From positions 18,477-82,476 of IMG/VR virus record IMGVR_UViG_3300025789_001553: a DNA stretch of 64,000 nucleotides; one strand, 5' to 3'. The number at the start of each line of letters is the position of its first letter. Position 1 is the first letter of the stretch. Below are positions 37,732 to 48,460 of the stretch, in pieces. Origin of the DNA: a virus. A program made the translations under genes and the position numbers. Below the pieces are notes generated by a model, which had not been told where the DNA came from, made no database searches, and saw only the letters and a list, made by a program, of their open reading frames with translations.

Positions 37732-39653
37732 TATAGTAATCCTCTCGCGTAAATCATATTATGTCTATACTTACTACGCTCAATGTAAGGTATATCTCTA
37801 CTTGAGTTTTCTACATTAGCCTCTACGTTGTTTACATTAGAAGCATTATTAACAATAGTAGCTGTAGAGTTTTTAGATGAATTTATACTTTGCTGTGAAG
37901 CAGCTAATGGTTCAATAGAACTAATTAACGTATCTATCTTTTTCATCAGCTTATCGATATTTTCAGTTTGTACTTTAATGACCGGTAATTCATTTATTTC
38001 TTTAGCTTCAGATGTATTAACAACATTACCTAATTTTGCAGCTTCGGTAACCGCTAATTTTGTAGATACTAAAGATACAGGCATTGCAGGTCCAGCATCT
38101 GTCGTTATAGAAGGTATATTGGCACCTTGTACAGAGGTTTGATTGTTAGTAGCAGAAGCTCTTATAATAGGTGCTGTAACCGCTAAAGCGGCAGTAACAG
38201 CTAATAGCTTTATTAAATTAACACTATTAATTGTATCAACGAACCTCTTTAATGGATCTAAATTTATACTTAAATCTCCAAAAGATGATAAACTTTGCTT
38301 AAATGCTGTAATACTATTAGTAACTCTATCAATATTATCTGCCTGTTCCCCTATAGCTACTAATTGATCTAAAGGAGATTTTTGGCCTGATATTTTGCTA
38401 AATAACCCACCAACAAAATTACCTATACCAGCTATAGCTGTACCTGCTCCGAACCCGGCTATAGCTAAACCAAGCGCCCCTATTGCTACACTTACTTCTA
38501 ATATTTTTAAAGCAGAAATACCTGCTAATTCCTTTAATTGATTGGTAAACGTGGTTAGTGGTTTGCTTATTGCTGCCATACCCACACTTAAAGGCACTAA
38601 TGCAACCCCAAGTACACCAAGTGCAATAGCCCCTGGTATAATAAATTCTGAAACCAATCCTAATACAGCAGCTACCGCACCTAAACCAAGCAATGCAACA
38701 AAGCCTTTTCCGATTGTTTCCCAATTAAGTTCTGCAAATGTTTTAAGACCTTTACCTGCAAGCCATAACGCTCCCCCGAGAGCTGCCACTGCTGCAGCAC
38801 CTACAATCATTTCTAAAGAAGAACCAGCTAACAACTTAGATGCTCCAATTAAACCTATTAAAGCAACCGATCCTTTAGCGATTGATGTCCAATCTACTAA
38901 ACCAAACTCTTGAAACCCTTTTGCAGCAGCATATAATGATACGCCTAATATACCTATAGTAACTGCTCCTTTCATAGCATCAGTATCACCGAGTTTTTTA
39001 AGACCGTCACTTAGCTTACCCAACCCACTACCTATTGCACCCATTATACCAAGACCAGCTCCAGTATTAGCGGAAGCATTTGCAGTTGTTGGGGTACTGT
39101 TTACTGAAGTTGTAAATACTTTTTTAAGTGCTTCAAGTGCTTCTGGTTGTATTGTAGCCAGGCTTATTGGCTGTACTTGTACTTCTTTTAGTGCTGCTTC
39201 TTCTGCTGAAACACCACCACCAACACCCGCGCCTATCGCATTTGAAGATACGTTTTCTAATTTTTCTGATAAATTACCGAACAGTTCTTTTTGATCTCCA
39301 TAAGACTTAGCATATCGTTCTTTATGTTTTATTTCTTCTTGATTATATGCTTCACTGTTTTTATACTCTGTTTTGTCGTATTTTTTAATAACGTCAATTA
39401 GAGTTTTTTCTAAATTAGTTCCAAGCTTAGCACTTAATGAATTTAAAGCTTGTGTTTGTAATACCGATTGCTCTAATTGGTCTTTATTATTTAACTCCGC
39501 ACTTTTAATCAATACATTAATTCGATTGTTTAATACATTGGAATTTTTTTCCATTGCATCCAGCCACTTCTGTGGTATAGGGCCAGTTTCTTTAGGCCTT
39601 AATGCTGCCATTAAAGATGTAAGAAATCCCGGGTCGGCTGATTGATCTGCCAT
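37731..39653 (-). CDS. Tape measure protein
   Basis: Ala/Gly/Leu-rich helical repeats with spaced Trp, 640 aa, synteny. Confidence 0.7.
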   Translation of the reverse strand: MADQSADPGFLTSLMAALRPKETGPIPQKWLDAMEKNSNVLNNRINVLIKSAELNNKDQLEQSVLQTQALNSLSAKLGTNLEKTLIDVIKKYDKTEYKNSEAYNQEEIKHKERYAKSYGDQKELFGNLSEKLENVSSNAIGAGVGGGVSAEEAALKEVQVQPISLATIQPEALEALKKVFTTSVNSTPTTANASANTGAGLGIMGAIGSGLGKLSDGLKKLGDTDAMKGAVTIGILGVSLYAAAKGFQEFGLVDWTSIAKGSVALIGLIGASKLLAGSSLEMIVGAAAVAALGGALWLAGKGLKTFAELNWETIGKGFVALLGLGAVAAVLGLVSEFIIPGAIALGVLGVALVPLSVGMAAISKPLTTFTNQLKELAGISALKILEVSVAIGALGLAIAGFGAGTAIAGIGNFVGGLFSKISGQKSPLDQLVAIGEQADNIDRVTNSITAFKQSLSSFGDLSINLDPLKRFVDTINSVNLIKLLAVTAALAVTAPIIRASATNNQTSVQGANIPSITTDAGPAMPVSLVSTKLAVTEAAKLGNVVNTSEAKEINELPVIKVQTENIDKLMKKIDTLISSIEPLAASQQSINSSKNSTATIVNNASNVNNVEANVENSSRDIPYIERSKYRHNMIYARGLL

Positions 39654-39687
39654 ACTTAAATACTTAGGTACTGAAGTACCTTAAGGC

Positions 39688-40500
39688 TTATTGATTAACA
39701 ATAAACAATGTACTATCTACTAATACAGTTAAATCACTTACTACTTCCCCAGTCTCTACATCTGTACCTGATACAGTTAATAAATCCTTTTGTATGCTTA
39801 CGTATTTTTCCATGTACTTAAGTACGTCTTGAATTATACTATTTGGCATTTTTTCAAGTAGTGCATGTCGTTTTGCAAACGATAAATTACTATAACCGAC
39901 TTGTTGTTCTTGATTGTTATAAAAAATGTTAATATCTTTAATAAATTTTGACACTTCACCCACGAAAGCGTCTCCTATTGTTTCAGTAATTTGTGCGCTT
40001 AATATTTGCTTATCATTAGCTGTTTTTTCGCGTAGTTGTTTTTCTAAATTGTATTGTTCTATGTATAGAGGAGAACCGACTTGTATTGTAAATGGTACCC
40101 CTGTAATAGTATCTGTACCTGGTACGGCAACAACTTTAAACTTGTTAATAATGTCTTGTAAATTGATATTAAATTTACGATTGTTTTGAAATAAAACATA
40201 CCCGGTACCCGCTGTAGAAACACGCAATTGTACGGCTATAGCTGCTGCATCAATAGTTGTTAATAAAGGCACTACACCCGATTCGATGCAATTTTCTTGT
40301 ATGATATTATATAATGCAATTGTAAATCTGGTTTGAAATACAGGATTATCAACAGCTGCTTTTAAAATATTTTTCTGTTGACCGGTATTAATGGTTTTAA
40401 ATTTTACTTCCCTTGTTAAACTCGGTACATACACCGAAACTGTAACCTCGTTATTAATTGTATCCAATACGGATAGTATGTCATTAAAATTACTGCTCAT
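39688..40500 (-). CDS. Baseplate hub assembly chaperone (gp26-like)
   Basis: VYVPSL.REVKFK.I..GQQK.IL, D...IAVQLR; ATG 40500 preferred. Confidence 0.6.
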   Translation of the reverse strand: MSSNFNDILSVLDTINNEVTVSVYVPSLTREVKFKTINTGQQKNILKAAVDNPVFQTRFTIALYNIIQENCIESGVVPLLTTIDAAAIAVQLRVSTAGTGYVLFQNNRKFNINLQDIINKFKVVAVPGTDTITGVPFTIQVGSPLYIEQYNLEKQLREKTANDKQILSAQITETIGDAFVGEVSKFIKDINIFYNNQEQQVGYSNLSFAKRHALLEKMPNSIIQDVLKYMEKYVSIQKDLLTVSGTDVETGEVVSDLTVLVDSTLFIVNQ

Positions 40501-40529
40501 ATATAGATTTATGGTGCGTTGATAGGTTA

Positions 40530-41489
40530 TCAAGTAAACTCACTTGGAGAGTTCTTTCCTGTATCTAACGGCATACCATTGAATCCAGGAACGGACGTAT
40601 CTCTACTCTTACTTCCAGAGTTAGCTTCTGATTGCTCTTTTTCTGCTTGCTGTACAAACAATGTCCAATATAATAATTGTTCAGCTGGTGTAATACTATC
40701 TACATATTCCGGTGTAAAATTAGCCTTGCTGATTAAATTTAAATTTATTTTATACAAATTTATTAAATCATCATTAAAGATTAGTTTACAAAATTCCAAC
40801 AATACTTCAGTATTGGTCGACACCGACAGGTTTACAACATAGCTACCTGTATAAGGTGATTTAATAGATAGAAGCTTTGTGTCAGCAAGCGAATCTTCGA
40901 CACGTGTTAATGATTTGTAAACCTCTGTAGCTAAAGTTAGTGGTAGTTTTTCAACGAGCTCTATTCTTTCTGAAAAAGTTAAACCTTTAAACGATAAAAA
41001 CTTTTCGTTAACAGTCATACTATCTATACAAGAGGCTAACTGATAACTAAACATTTTTTCGGGTTCTATGTTAATAAAATTAATTTCGTCTATAGCCTTT
41101 ACTATACTGTGGTTTATAGTTATGTTATTAAAAGTAACTGATTTATTGTAATGTATATTACCAAGTTTAGCTACCAAGTCTTCAATTTTAATAATATATT
41201 CAAACTTTTTCTTGGTATCGTTACAAACAGCTTCTAATTTAAGATCCGGACTTATACAGACTGATCGTATATTAAGCAATAGTATGATCTTATCTACAAC
41301 GTTAAGTCCGTCCAGTAATATCCCGGGAGAAACGTGTTCAACTACTTGGTTTAAATGGTGTAAGAACTCTGTTGTATCATTGTTATAAAGGGATTTAACT
41401 AAGTCTTTATATAACTTAGCATTAACCTCTTTTACCCAGATTTTCTTATAATTAAATCCAGGTAACTTAATTCCATACGTAAAAGCCAT
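40530..41489 (-). CDS. Baseplate hub assembly protein (gp26-like with gp51-like C-terminus)
   Basis: DKIILLLNIRSVCI; C-terminal YK.N.NL....NFTPEYVDSITPAE..LY. Confidence 0.55.
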   Translation of the reverse strand: MAFTYGIKLPGFNYKKIWVKEVNAKLYKDLVKSLYNNDTTEFLHHLNQVVEHVSPGILLDGLNVVDKIILLLNIRSVCISPDLKLEAVCNDTKKKFEYIIKIEDLVAKLGNIHYNKSVTFNNITINHSIVKAIDEINFINIEPEKMFSYQLASCIDSMTVNEKFLSFKGLTFSERIELVEKLPLTLATEVYKSLTRVEDSLADTKLLSIKSPYTGSYVVNLSVSTNTEVLLEFCKLIFNDDLINLYKINLNLISKANFTPEYVDSITPAEQLLYWTLFVQQAEKEQSEANSGSKSRDTSVPGFNGMPLDTGKNSPSEFT

Positions 41490-41509
41490 TATATTGACTT
41501 ACTATGTAG

Positions 41510-42415
41510 TTATTTTTTACCAGCTTTAACATTGAAACCGTTAACAAGACTATTGTTATAATTATTTAACATTGTATTATTATAATCTAAAGGTGTCTTA
41601 CCAGGGTTGGCAGCAGCATTATTAACGTTTGAAATAAACGCATTATTTGCAGCCGGAGTTTTGTTTGTAGTGGCTGGTGCAGTAACAGGTACGTTACCTG
41701 ATTGATTTGGGTCGTAAGATATTCTATAATTATTAAATACAAACCTCACACCTTCTATTCTTGCATCAGATTTACCATACGCATATGATGATTCGTTAAT
41801 TGAAACAGGGGCACAGGCGTTAAATTTAAATACTCTTCGAATACCTGCATTTGTTTTATTATCATTTTTATCGAAATGATATACCGAAATAGGTATTTTT
41901 ACATTTTGTAAAGAAGTAGAAGCACGAGAAATTAAACCATAATGGCCCACCAGCGTAATCCATGGACGTATTACAAAGTCAATAAATGATTTATTAGTTT
42001 CTAAAAAGCTAATAGTTAATTCACTGTATTTAATACGCATATTCGTGGTTACCCCTCCCACTAAACCACCTGCAGGGCCTAATAGAGGGTCTGTTCTTTC
42101 TACCCCTACACTCTCTCCTGGTATGTTAATTCCATTAGCAAATAAACATATTTGACCGCCAGCTGGACCATGTACTTGATTTTGTATTTCTTGTATTAAA
42201 GCACGGCTGACGTTTTTAACGTCCCAATTTTCTTCAAAATTTACCCATGGGTTTGCTTTTGAGTCTGTAAACACTGGGGGTAAACTTTCAAAATGTATAA
42301 GAAAGTTTGAATCAACCGGTATTTGAGTGTTAGGGTTGCTTAAAAATTTTACAAACATGTCAACTTCGGACATGTTGACTTGATTGTTTGCCTTTGGCCC
42401 TATTATGTTAGCCAT
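41510..42415 (-). CDS. Tail-tube-fold protein (gp54-like)
   Basis: INIPGE, LTISFLET, FKFNACAPVSI. Confidence 0.55.
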   Translation of the reverse strand: MANIIGPKANNQVNMSEVDMFVKFLSNPNTQIPVDSNFLIHFESLPPVFTDSKANPWVNFEENWDVKNVSRALIQEIQNQVHGPAGGQICLFANGINIPGESVGVERTDPLLGPAGGLVGGVTTNMRIKYSELTISFLETNKSFIDFVIRPWITLVGHYGLISRASTSLQNVKIPISVYHFDKNDNKTNAGIRRVFKFNACAPVSINESSYAYGKSDARIEGVRFVFNNYRISYDPNQSGNVPVTAPATTNKTPAANNAFISNVNNAAANPGKTPLDYNNTMLNNYNNSLVNGFNVKAGKK

Positions 42416-43086
42416 TATCTACCCCCTAAACCACCAATTAAACTATTAATAGTTTTATTGACAAGTTTGTTAGCGACATTACCTACTGCCCCGCCGATCG
42501 ACCTACCAAAATTGTTACCTAAGCTCAATCCAGACGCAACACCTGAATCAGGTCCTGTTGTCCAGTACTGATATGCAATAGATGCACCAACTTCCTGTAT
42601 ACCACCTGACTTCGTTAAGTCATATGCAATATCATCAATTTTAGTAATGAACGCACCTAATAATGTGTATACTTTAATTTCATTCAACGTATCATCGATT
42701 AATGATAATCTAATTATGTTGCTATTTAAATCTCTTGGTTCCATATTACCTACAGATTGATTTTCATCAAACGTATTAGTCATAGAATCTTCTAACATTG
42801 ATCTTAAATTGTAATCTTGTGTGCAATAAAACTTAACTGCCCAATTTGCGTTGTCAAACTTTACAGTGCCCGGTATTTGAAAATCTAACCCCATAAAAGG
42901 AGCAGTAGTCGTGTTAATTGATTTACCAGGAAGGCTTGCTGTTTTTAAAAACACTAAATCAGGATCTTCAAGCTGTACACCATTAACATTAAACGTGGTT
43001 ATTCTGAATTGAAAATCACGTGCAAATCCAACATTTGTTGCCTGTTGGTAAAAATCTGCTATTGTTTGTCCTGTTACTGATGCCAT
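42415..43086 (-). CDS. Tail tube protein paralog
   Basis: QTIADFYQ..GFARDFQFRI, ASLPG, PFMG..F.IPG, YQYW. Confidence 0.7.
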   Translation of the reverse strand: MASVTGQTIADFYQQATNVGFARDFQFRITTFNVNGVQLEDPDLVFLKTASLPGKSINTTTAPFMGLDFQIPGTVKFDNANWAVKFYCTQDYNLRSMLEDSMTNTFDENQSVGNMEPRDLNSNIIRLSLIDDTLNEIKVYTLLGAFITKIDDIAYDLTKSGGIQEVGASIAYQYWTTGPDSGVASGLSLGNNFGRSIGGAVGNVANKLVNKTINSLIGGLGGR

Positions 43087-43103
43087 ATATATACTTATGT
43101 TTG

Positions 43104-43703
43104 TTATGTCAATATATCTTCTGATGTCATATACTGAAAACCGATAGTTGCAGTTAATTTTGCTATATCTGCCCCTGACTTTGTTTCATATGTTATAGTA
43201 CCAGTATTCTGTAAAAATGCTCCAACTAAAAAGTATTTACGTATTACTTGTGGTTCTGTTGAGGCATTACTTCCCTGAAACAAATTACCTGAATTAGAAA
43301 GCAAGTTTAATTCAATTTTACAATCCCACCAATTAGGTTTTTGTGATACGGAAGTGTGCTCATTAAATGTATCTACAGACCATTTCTCTAAAACATTTCT
43401 TAATATATAATCTCTATCACAGTAAAAAGATACATCCCAACTACCGGCAGCTTCAGGATAGCTTGCTACCATTGGTATGTTGTATTTAAAGGACTTAAAA
43501 TCAACAGTTGTAGTGCTAATAACACGAGATGGTACTTTACCGTCTTGAGCATAAAGAAATAAATTATCTGTGTCAGACGAGGGCTTATATACATCGTCTG
43601 CTCCGTTCCTTGTAATTGCATTTATTCTAAACAAGTTAGTACGAGCAAATCCGCGCTTAGTAGCGGTTTGATAAAATGAGGATATACCCGTGTTTGCCAT
43701 CAT
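43104..43703 (-). CDS. Tail tube protein paralog
   Basis: ISSFYQ..RGFARTNLFRI, W.VSFYCD, FQY. Confidence 0.65.
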   Translation of the reverse strand: MMANTGISSFYQTATKRGFARTNLFRINAITRNGADDVYKPSSDTDNLFLYAQDGKVPSRVISTTTVDFKSFKYNIPMVASYPEAAGSWDVSFYCDRDYILRNVLEKWSVDTFNEHTSVSQKPNWWDCKIELNLLSNSGNLFQGSNASTEPQVIRKYFLVGAFLQNTGTITYETKSGADIAKLTATIGFQYMTSEDILT

Positions 43704-43724
43704 TAATACTTAATGTATAGACAT

Positions 43725-43753
43725 AAAAAAAGCCCTGTTTTTAGCAGGGCTTT
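43725..43753 (-). terminator. Rho-independent terminator after the major tube gene
   Basis: - strand AAAGCCCTG-CTAAAAA-CAGGGC-T7. Confidence 0.8.
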
Positions 43754-43773
43754 GTATATTAAAGCTTTATAAC

Positions 43774-44298
43774 TTATACGTGTCTCCAGTATTGGAAAGC
43801 TAACTTAACCGTAAATGCTTCTGTTGGTTTACCAGCACCAGCATTATCATAACCAATTGAGCCAATAGATACTGGATATACACCGTATAGTTTATAGGTG
43901 TTAAGTACGTTTTGACTTTCATCGATTAAATCAAGTTGAATTAGTCTATCTGGACCGCGTAGTGAGAGGTTACCAGTGCTTGTAGCATCGTCAAATACAT
44001 TGTTAATTTGCCAATCTTCAAGCTTTTTACGAATAACGCCTTTAAGGTCATTATAGAACTTAACTTCCCATCCTTCTGAACCTGTATAATCAACTGTACC
44101 AGGCACATTGAACTTTAGTCCCATGTAAGGTACCTGTTGGTTTTGAATTGTACGGTCCGGAAGATTTTTTGTTGTGATATAAACGAAATCATCTTCGTTG
44201 AACGTATCTTGACCAATCGAACGCACTCTCATCATGAAATCACGAGCGAAACCGCGTTCTTGTGCTACCCTGTAGAAGTCTTGTATTGTCTGTGCCAT
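43774..44298 (-). CDS. Major tail tube protein (gp19-like)
   Basis: Follows the sheath; LPDRTI..QQVPYMG..F.VPG, W.VKFYND, YKLYGVYP, FQYW. Confidence 0.85.
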   Translation of the reverse strand: MAQTIQDFYRVAQERGFARDFMMRVRSIGQDTFNEDDFVYITTKNLPDRTIQNQQVPYMGLKFNVPGTVDYTGSEGWEVKFYNDLKGVIRKKLEDWQINNVFDDATSTGNLSLRGPDRLIQLDLIDESQNVLNTYKLYGVYPVSIGSIGYDNAGAGKPTEAFTVKLAFQYWRHV

Positions 44299-44318
44299 GT
44301 TAAATATTTAGGTTGAGA

Positions 44319-46676
44319 TTATAATAACTCGTTAAAGTTTTGCGATGTCTTAGTAGCATAGAAGTTTACCAAGATAAACTCTGCTGTACGAACTGGCTTA
44401 ATATAGATGTCAACAACTAATGTGTTATCGTCAACTACGCTTGGCGTGTTGTTCGTAGAATTACATACTATTAAGTAATCGTATAAACCTTGAGTGTTTT
44501 TAGCTAATTCAAATACAGGTGTTAATGTGTTAATAACTCTGCTTTGTGTGAATGTTGTATTAGGTTCAAACACGAAGTATTTTAATGTTTGTAATGCAGA
44601 CTTTTCTAAGAATAAGAATAGACGGCGAACATTAATACGGTCAAACGCACTTGGGTTCTTCATAAGCGTCTTTTGACCGAATACTGTATAACCTTCATTT
44701 GGGAAGTATACTACAGGATTAAGAGCTACTTTATAAAGTAAGTCGCGTTGTTTTTGCTGTGGGTTAACACCGATGTCAGCAAGACCGTTAATAATACCAC
44801 GGTTTAAACCAGCTGGTGCAGTCCAGAAATAATTATTAGCATCAGATGCTGTAATCATTGCTGCAGCAAAACCAGAGAATGGTAACCATACACCTTGGTT
44901 AGTGTAAGTGTCTTGAACCTTAGCCCAGTTAGCATATGCTGTAGCATAGCTTGTATTGAATGAACCGTAAAGGTTACGTAGAGGCCAGTAAATGTTAGAC
45001 GAGAAATTATTTGCCTTGTTGTCAAGGGTCTTGTAATTTTTACCTGTTACGAATACATGACGTAATGGGTCTGAAATAAAGAGGTGATCTTTACGACGGA
45101 ATTGAGCAAACTGCACGAACTTGTTTGTGATGTCAACCCAAGCATCAACTAAATCGTTGCTTACTGGATTACCATCTGAAGCTGTAAGTGCTGCTAATTC
45201 TGTTGTTAGTTCTGCCCATACTGCAGTGTCATCATACTCTGTACCAGCACCTTCTACTGCTTGTACAGCAGCAATTGTTGATAGACCAGCATCAAGTGTG
45301 ATATCGACGTCTACTAACTCGTTGTTTTCAGCAGCATTGAGAACGTAGTCAAGTTTTGAACTTACATCGCCAATAATTTTTGCACTATTAAGTGGTAAGC
45401 TGTCTGAATATACGCCTAAAGCATAAAGCGAGTTAGCAGGCATAAACGAACCGTTTGCTTTAGCAAGATAAGCTGAAGCTACTGAGTAGAATGTATCACC
45501 GTCAGTACCAGTTGACTCTTTAAGTACTCTTACTGTCTTTGTCGAGTTACCGTTGTTGTCAAGCCAATTTACGAGAGAAGAAATATTTGGGTTAACATGT
45601 ACTTCAATTGTGCTCGAGCTGTTGTTAGCAACAGTCTGTATAAAGCTTGATTGAGGCGTACCACCATTAACGTCTTGAACTGTACGATTTACATATAGTG
45701 AACCTGCATAACCTTCTTGCAATACATACTGTAATGTGGTTGTATTAATCGAGAACGGTGAAGGGCGTAATTTAAATAATGATAAGATTAATGAATCGCT
45801 ATAACCTGTTTGAGCGATATTGTAAGTAGGAATGTTTTCAATATCGTGAGAAAGACTATTAATTACTGGTAATGGTGCAGCACTTAGTGTGAAACCAATA
45901 CGAGTTGTTGGAACTGTAATATAAACAGATGAATTAGTATCTGCATACTCACCATCAACAAAGTATGTGCTACCAATAGTTTGTACTGTAACCGCATCAT
46001 CAAAGTTAGATGTAGGATTATTGCTTAAAGCGTCAGCTAAGTTAAGATAATAGCCTTCGAAATTTTCGTTAATTGTTGTTTTAGCTGTGTTAACAACAAC
46101 GATACCAGCGTTACCGATATCGGTAACTACGTTTGAGCCGGAAACAACAAAGCTACTTAAACCTACATTACCTGTAGTAGCAGACCAGTTGATACCACCT
46201 TGAGAAATTTGTGTGTATTGATCTGAAGTTAATGCAACTAATGCAGGGGCACCAAAATAATAACCCTGAGCTGAGCTCAATGGAATTGTACCCGCTGTAG
46301 CAGCTGTAGCTGGATATGTCGTTGTATTGCCAGGAATTGGTAATACTGGAAATGCTAATGCACTATAATTGCTTGCTGTACCTTCACCTGTACCATCCCC
46401 GTAAGGAATACGAACTGCTTTGATCGTTGGATTATTACCAGCTGTAAATAACTGATTTACCGCATAATAAAAATAACGTTCCGCTGCATTTGTAGGTGTA
46501 CCGAAAACGGTTTGAAAATCGCTAAGAGAAGCCAACTCGACAATTTCATAAGTTGGGCCTTGAGGCGCAAAACCGGTTACTAAAACATTAGTACCGACTG
46601 GAGTTACTGCTCTTGTAGATAAATCAATTTCACGAATTTCTACACCTGGAGATTGGATAGTGCGTGTGGATGCCAT
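44319..46676 (-). CDS. Tail sheath protein (gp18-like)
   Basis: SPGVEIREID, APAGLNRG, FGQKT..SAFDRINVRRLF, FEPN, IKPVRTAEFI..NF. Confidence 0.95.
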   Translation of the reverse strand: MASTRTIQSPGVEIREIDLSTRAVTPVGTNVLVTGFAPQGPTYEIVELASLSDFQTVFGTPTNAAERYFYYAVNQLFTAGNNPTIKAVRIPYGDGTGEGTASNYSALAFPVLPIPGNTTTYPATAATAGTIPLSSAQGYYFGAPALVALTSDQYTQISQGGINWSATTGNVGLSSFVVSGSNVVTDIGNAGIVVVNTAKTTINENFEGYYLNLADALSNNPTSNFDDAVTVQTIGSTYFVDGEYADTNSSVYITVPTTRIGFTLSAAPLPVINSLSHDIENIPTYNIAQTGYSDSLILSLFKLRPSPFSINTTTLQYVLQEGYAGSLYVNRTVQDVNGGTPQSSFIQTVANNSSSTIEVHVNPNISSLVNWLDNNGNSTKTVRVLKESTGTDGDTFYSVASAYLAKANGSFMPANSLYALGVYSDSLPLNSAKIIGDVSSKLDYVLNAAENNELVDVDITLDAGLSTIAAVQAVEGAGTEYDDTAVWAELTTELAALTASDGNPVSNDLVDAWVDITNKFVQFAQFRRKDHLFISDPLRHVFVTGKNYKTLDNKANNFSSNIYWPLRNLYGSFNTSYATAYANWAKVQDTYTNQGVWLPFSGFAAAMITASDANNYFWTAPAGLNRGIINGLADIGVNPQQKQRDLLYKVALNPVVYFPNEGYTVFGQKTLMKNPSAFDRINVRRLFLFLEKSALQTLKYFVFEPNTTFTQSRVINTLTPVFELAKNTQGLYDYLIVCNSTNNTPSVVDDNTLVVDIYIKPVRTAEFILVNFYATKTSQNFNELL

Positions 46677-46732
46677 AATAGTTAAGTTTCTATTATTATT
46701 TAGGAGTTTTTAGCTCTGAAACTTAGACTTTA

Positions 46733-47317
46733 TTAAAGTAATTGAGAGTTTAACTGGCTAAATGCGAATGTAAAAGAAGATTCTATCTGCTCTCCATCCC
46801 TGTAATTATAAGTAATTTCTCCAAGATTTGTAATAAAAGCTTTTATGTAATCCCACTGTATTACTTTGTTGTTATACTCATCTAAACCGTAAACAGTAAT
46901 ATTGGTTTGATAGTTATTTAAATCAGCAATTTTTTCTGGAGATATTAAACCGTCGTAATTGTATGTACTTTGACTTGAATCATTGATAACATTTAACCAA
47001 TACCACAATACCCACCAGTTATTAAATCCATTGTCAACAGTAAAATTAACTGTTATTGGTTTATAAGCTGATCTTGTATAACTTGTAAATTTAGCAGTTT
47101 GAGCAGAGTACGGTATATCTACTTCTGCTACAACTGTTTCAGGTACTACTGTACCGTAAATTGAATACTGTAAAGAGTCTAAATTAAGAGAATTAGATGC
47201 TCGACTGTTTTGATATGTTTTGTTGACAGTCTTTAATATAGGTGGCAAGTTCAAGACAAGTAAAAACTTGTCTTTTCTATTTTTATTAAGAATCGATTGC
47301 TGAACTGTATCGCTCAT
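46733..47317 (-). CDS. Tail completion/tube terminator (gp3-like)
   Basis: YKPITVNFTVD..FNNW..LWYWL, AFITNLGEI.Y, FTFAF. Confidence 0.7.
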   Translation of the reverse strand: MSDTVQQSILNKNRKDKFLLVLNLPPILKTVNKTYQNSRASNSLNLDSLQYSIYGTVVPETVVAEVDIPYSAQTAKFTSYTRSAYKPITVNFTVDNGFNNWWVLWYWLNVINDSSQSTYNYDGLISPEKIADLNNYQTNITVYGLDEYNNKVIQWDYIKAFITNLGEITYNYRDGEQIESSFTFAFSQLNSQLL

Positions 47318-47324
47318 CTAACAC

Positions 47325-48452
47325 TTACTTACGGAAGTGTTTGTTATTGATAATGTAAAATTCCTTAATAACGCTTTGTTCAGCTGCTACTTTTTGTGTA
47401 TTAGCAGGTGTAACCTGATTCATTATCTGACCCGCAGCAGGCTTTTTTCTTGCGTTATCGTTTTGAGCTTTTTCAATTTCAGCTAATTTATTCAGTGCAT
47501 AGTCAAGAATACCTTTACGGTCTCTGCTTTGTACTTTGCTGAGTTGTGCTGCTACAGCGTCTATAGCTTTTTTAGCATCCCCCACATTAACACGACCACT
47601 ACCTGCAGGTGCTGGTGCAGCAGGTGCTGCAGGTAGTGGTGCGGGTGCAGCTGCTGGAGCTGGAGTTGCAGAAGCTGTATTAGCTGTCGGTGCTGGTGCA
47701 TCTGCTGCAGGTGCTGTATTAGCAGCTGTTGCAGGTTTACCGGTTTGATTTAAATTCTTGTTTGTAATATCACCAGCTAAGCCAGTGTTTTGTTTTGCTC
47801 CTTGATAACCGTATTTAGCACCAGCTTTAAAGCTATGACCAAGTCCTTGTGCAGCACCACCAACAGCACCAACTGCTTGACCTAAGCCATTTGCAGTAGC
47901 GCCCGCAACTTGACCTACAGCTGCAGGTACATTAGCTAAACCATTAGCTAATTTAGTGCCATATTTCTGTATACCGCTTTTTAAATGTGAGCCTAATTGA
48001 CTAAGAAAACCAGGTTTCTTTTTTTGAGCTCCTGCTAAAGGGTATGTGGAATTTGCACCTGCAATATCAGAAGGATCCCCATTTGGGTTTACGTCTTCGT
48101 CTTCGAGTTTTTCTTCTTCTTTCTTTTTACCACGTGCAAAAGATTCAAATGCTAAGCAATAGTTTTTATCGCTTGTAGTATCTAAATGTTTTAAAACCTT
48201 TTCAATACACATTACTGTGAGTTTAATATCATTATCTTGCTCGTCTGCGTTTTCTTCTATAATTGAGCGACCACCTTGACGTGATTCTATAGCATGCTCA
48301 AAAGCCAAATATGTACTTTCAGGCAGTACCTGTGAAATAATATTAAACTCTTTTAAAATAGTCTCAGGAGAAGAACTCTCTACGAGTGATTCAATTGAAT
48401 TATTTTCTTGTACTACGTTATATTTTTCGGCTAAAAGCTTTACGTTTGGCAT
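47325..48452 (-). CDS. Hypothetical late protein, Ala/Pro/Gly-rich, KLLAEKY leader
   Basis: ORF; TAAGTA at 48465-48470. Confidence 0.65.
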   Translation of the reverse strand: MPNVKLLAEKYNVVQENNSIESLVESSSPETILKEFNIISQVLPESTYLAFEHAIESRQGGRSIIEENADEQDNDIKLTVMCIEKVLKHLDTTSDKNYCLAFESFARGKKKEEEKLEDEDVNPNGDPSDIAGANSTYPLAGAQKKKPGFLSQLGSHLKSGIQKYGTKLANGLANVPAAVGQVAGATANGLGQAVGAVGGAAQGLGHSFKAGAKYGYQGAKQNTGLAGDITNKNLNQTGKPATAANTAPAADAPAPTANTASATPAPAAAPAPLPAAPAAPAPAGSGRVNVGDAKKAIDAVAAQLSKVQSRDRKGILDYALNKLAEIEKAQNDNARKKPAAGQIMNQVTPANTQKVAAEQSVIKEFYIINNKHFRK

Positions 48453-48460
48453 AATGTATC

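Noticed and set aside
36797-40842. + strand ORFs antisense to tape measure and baseplate genes
   Set aside because: Antisense shadows with no motifs or promoters
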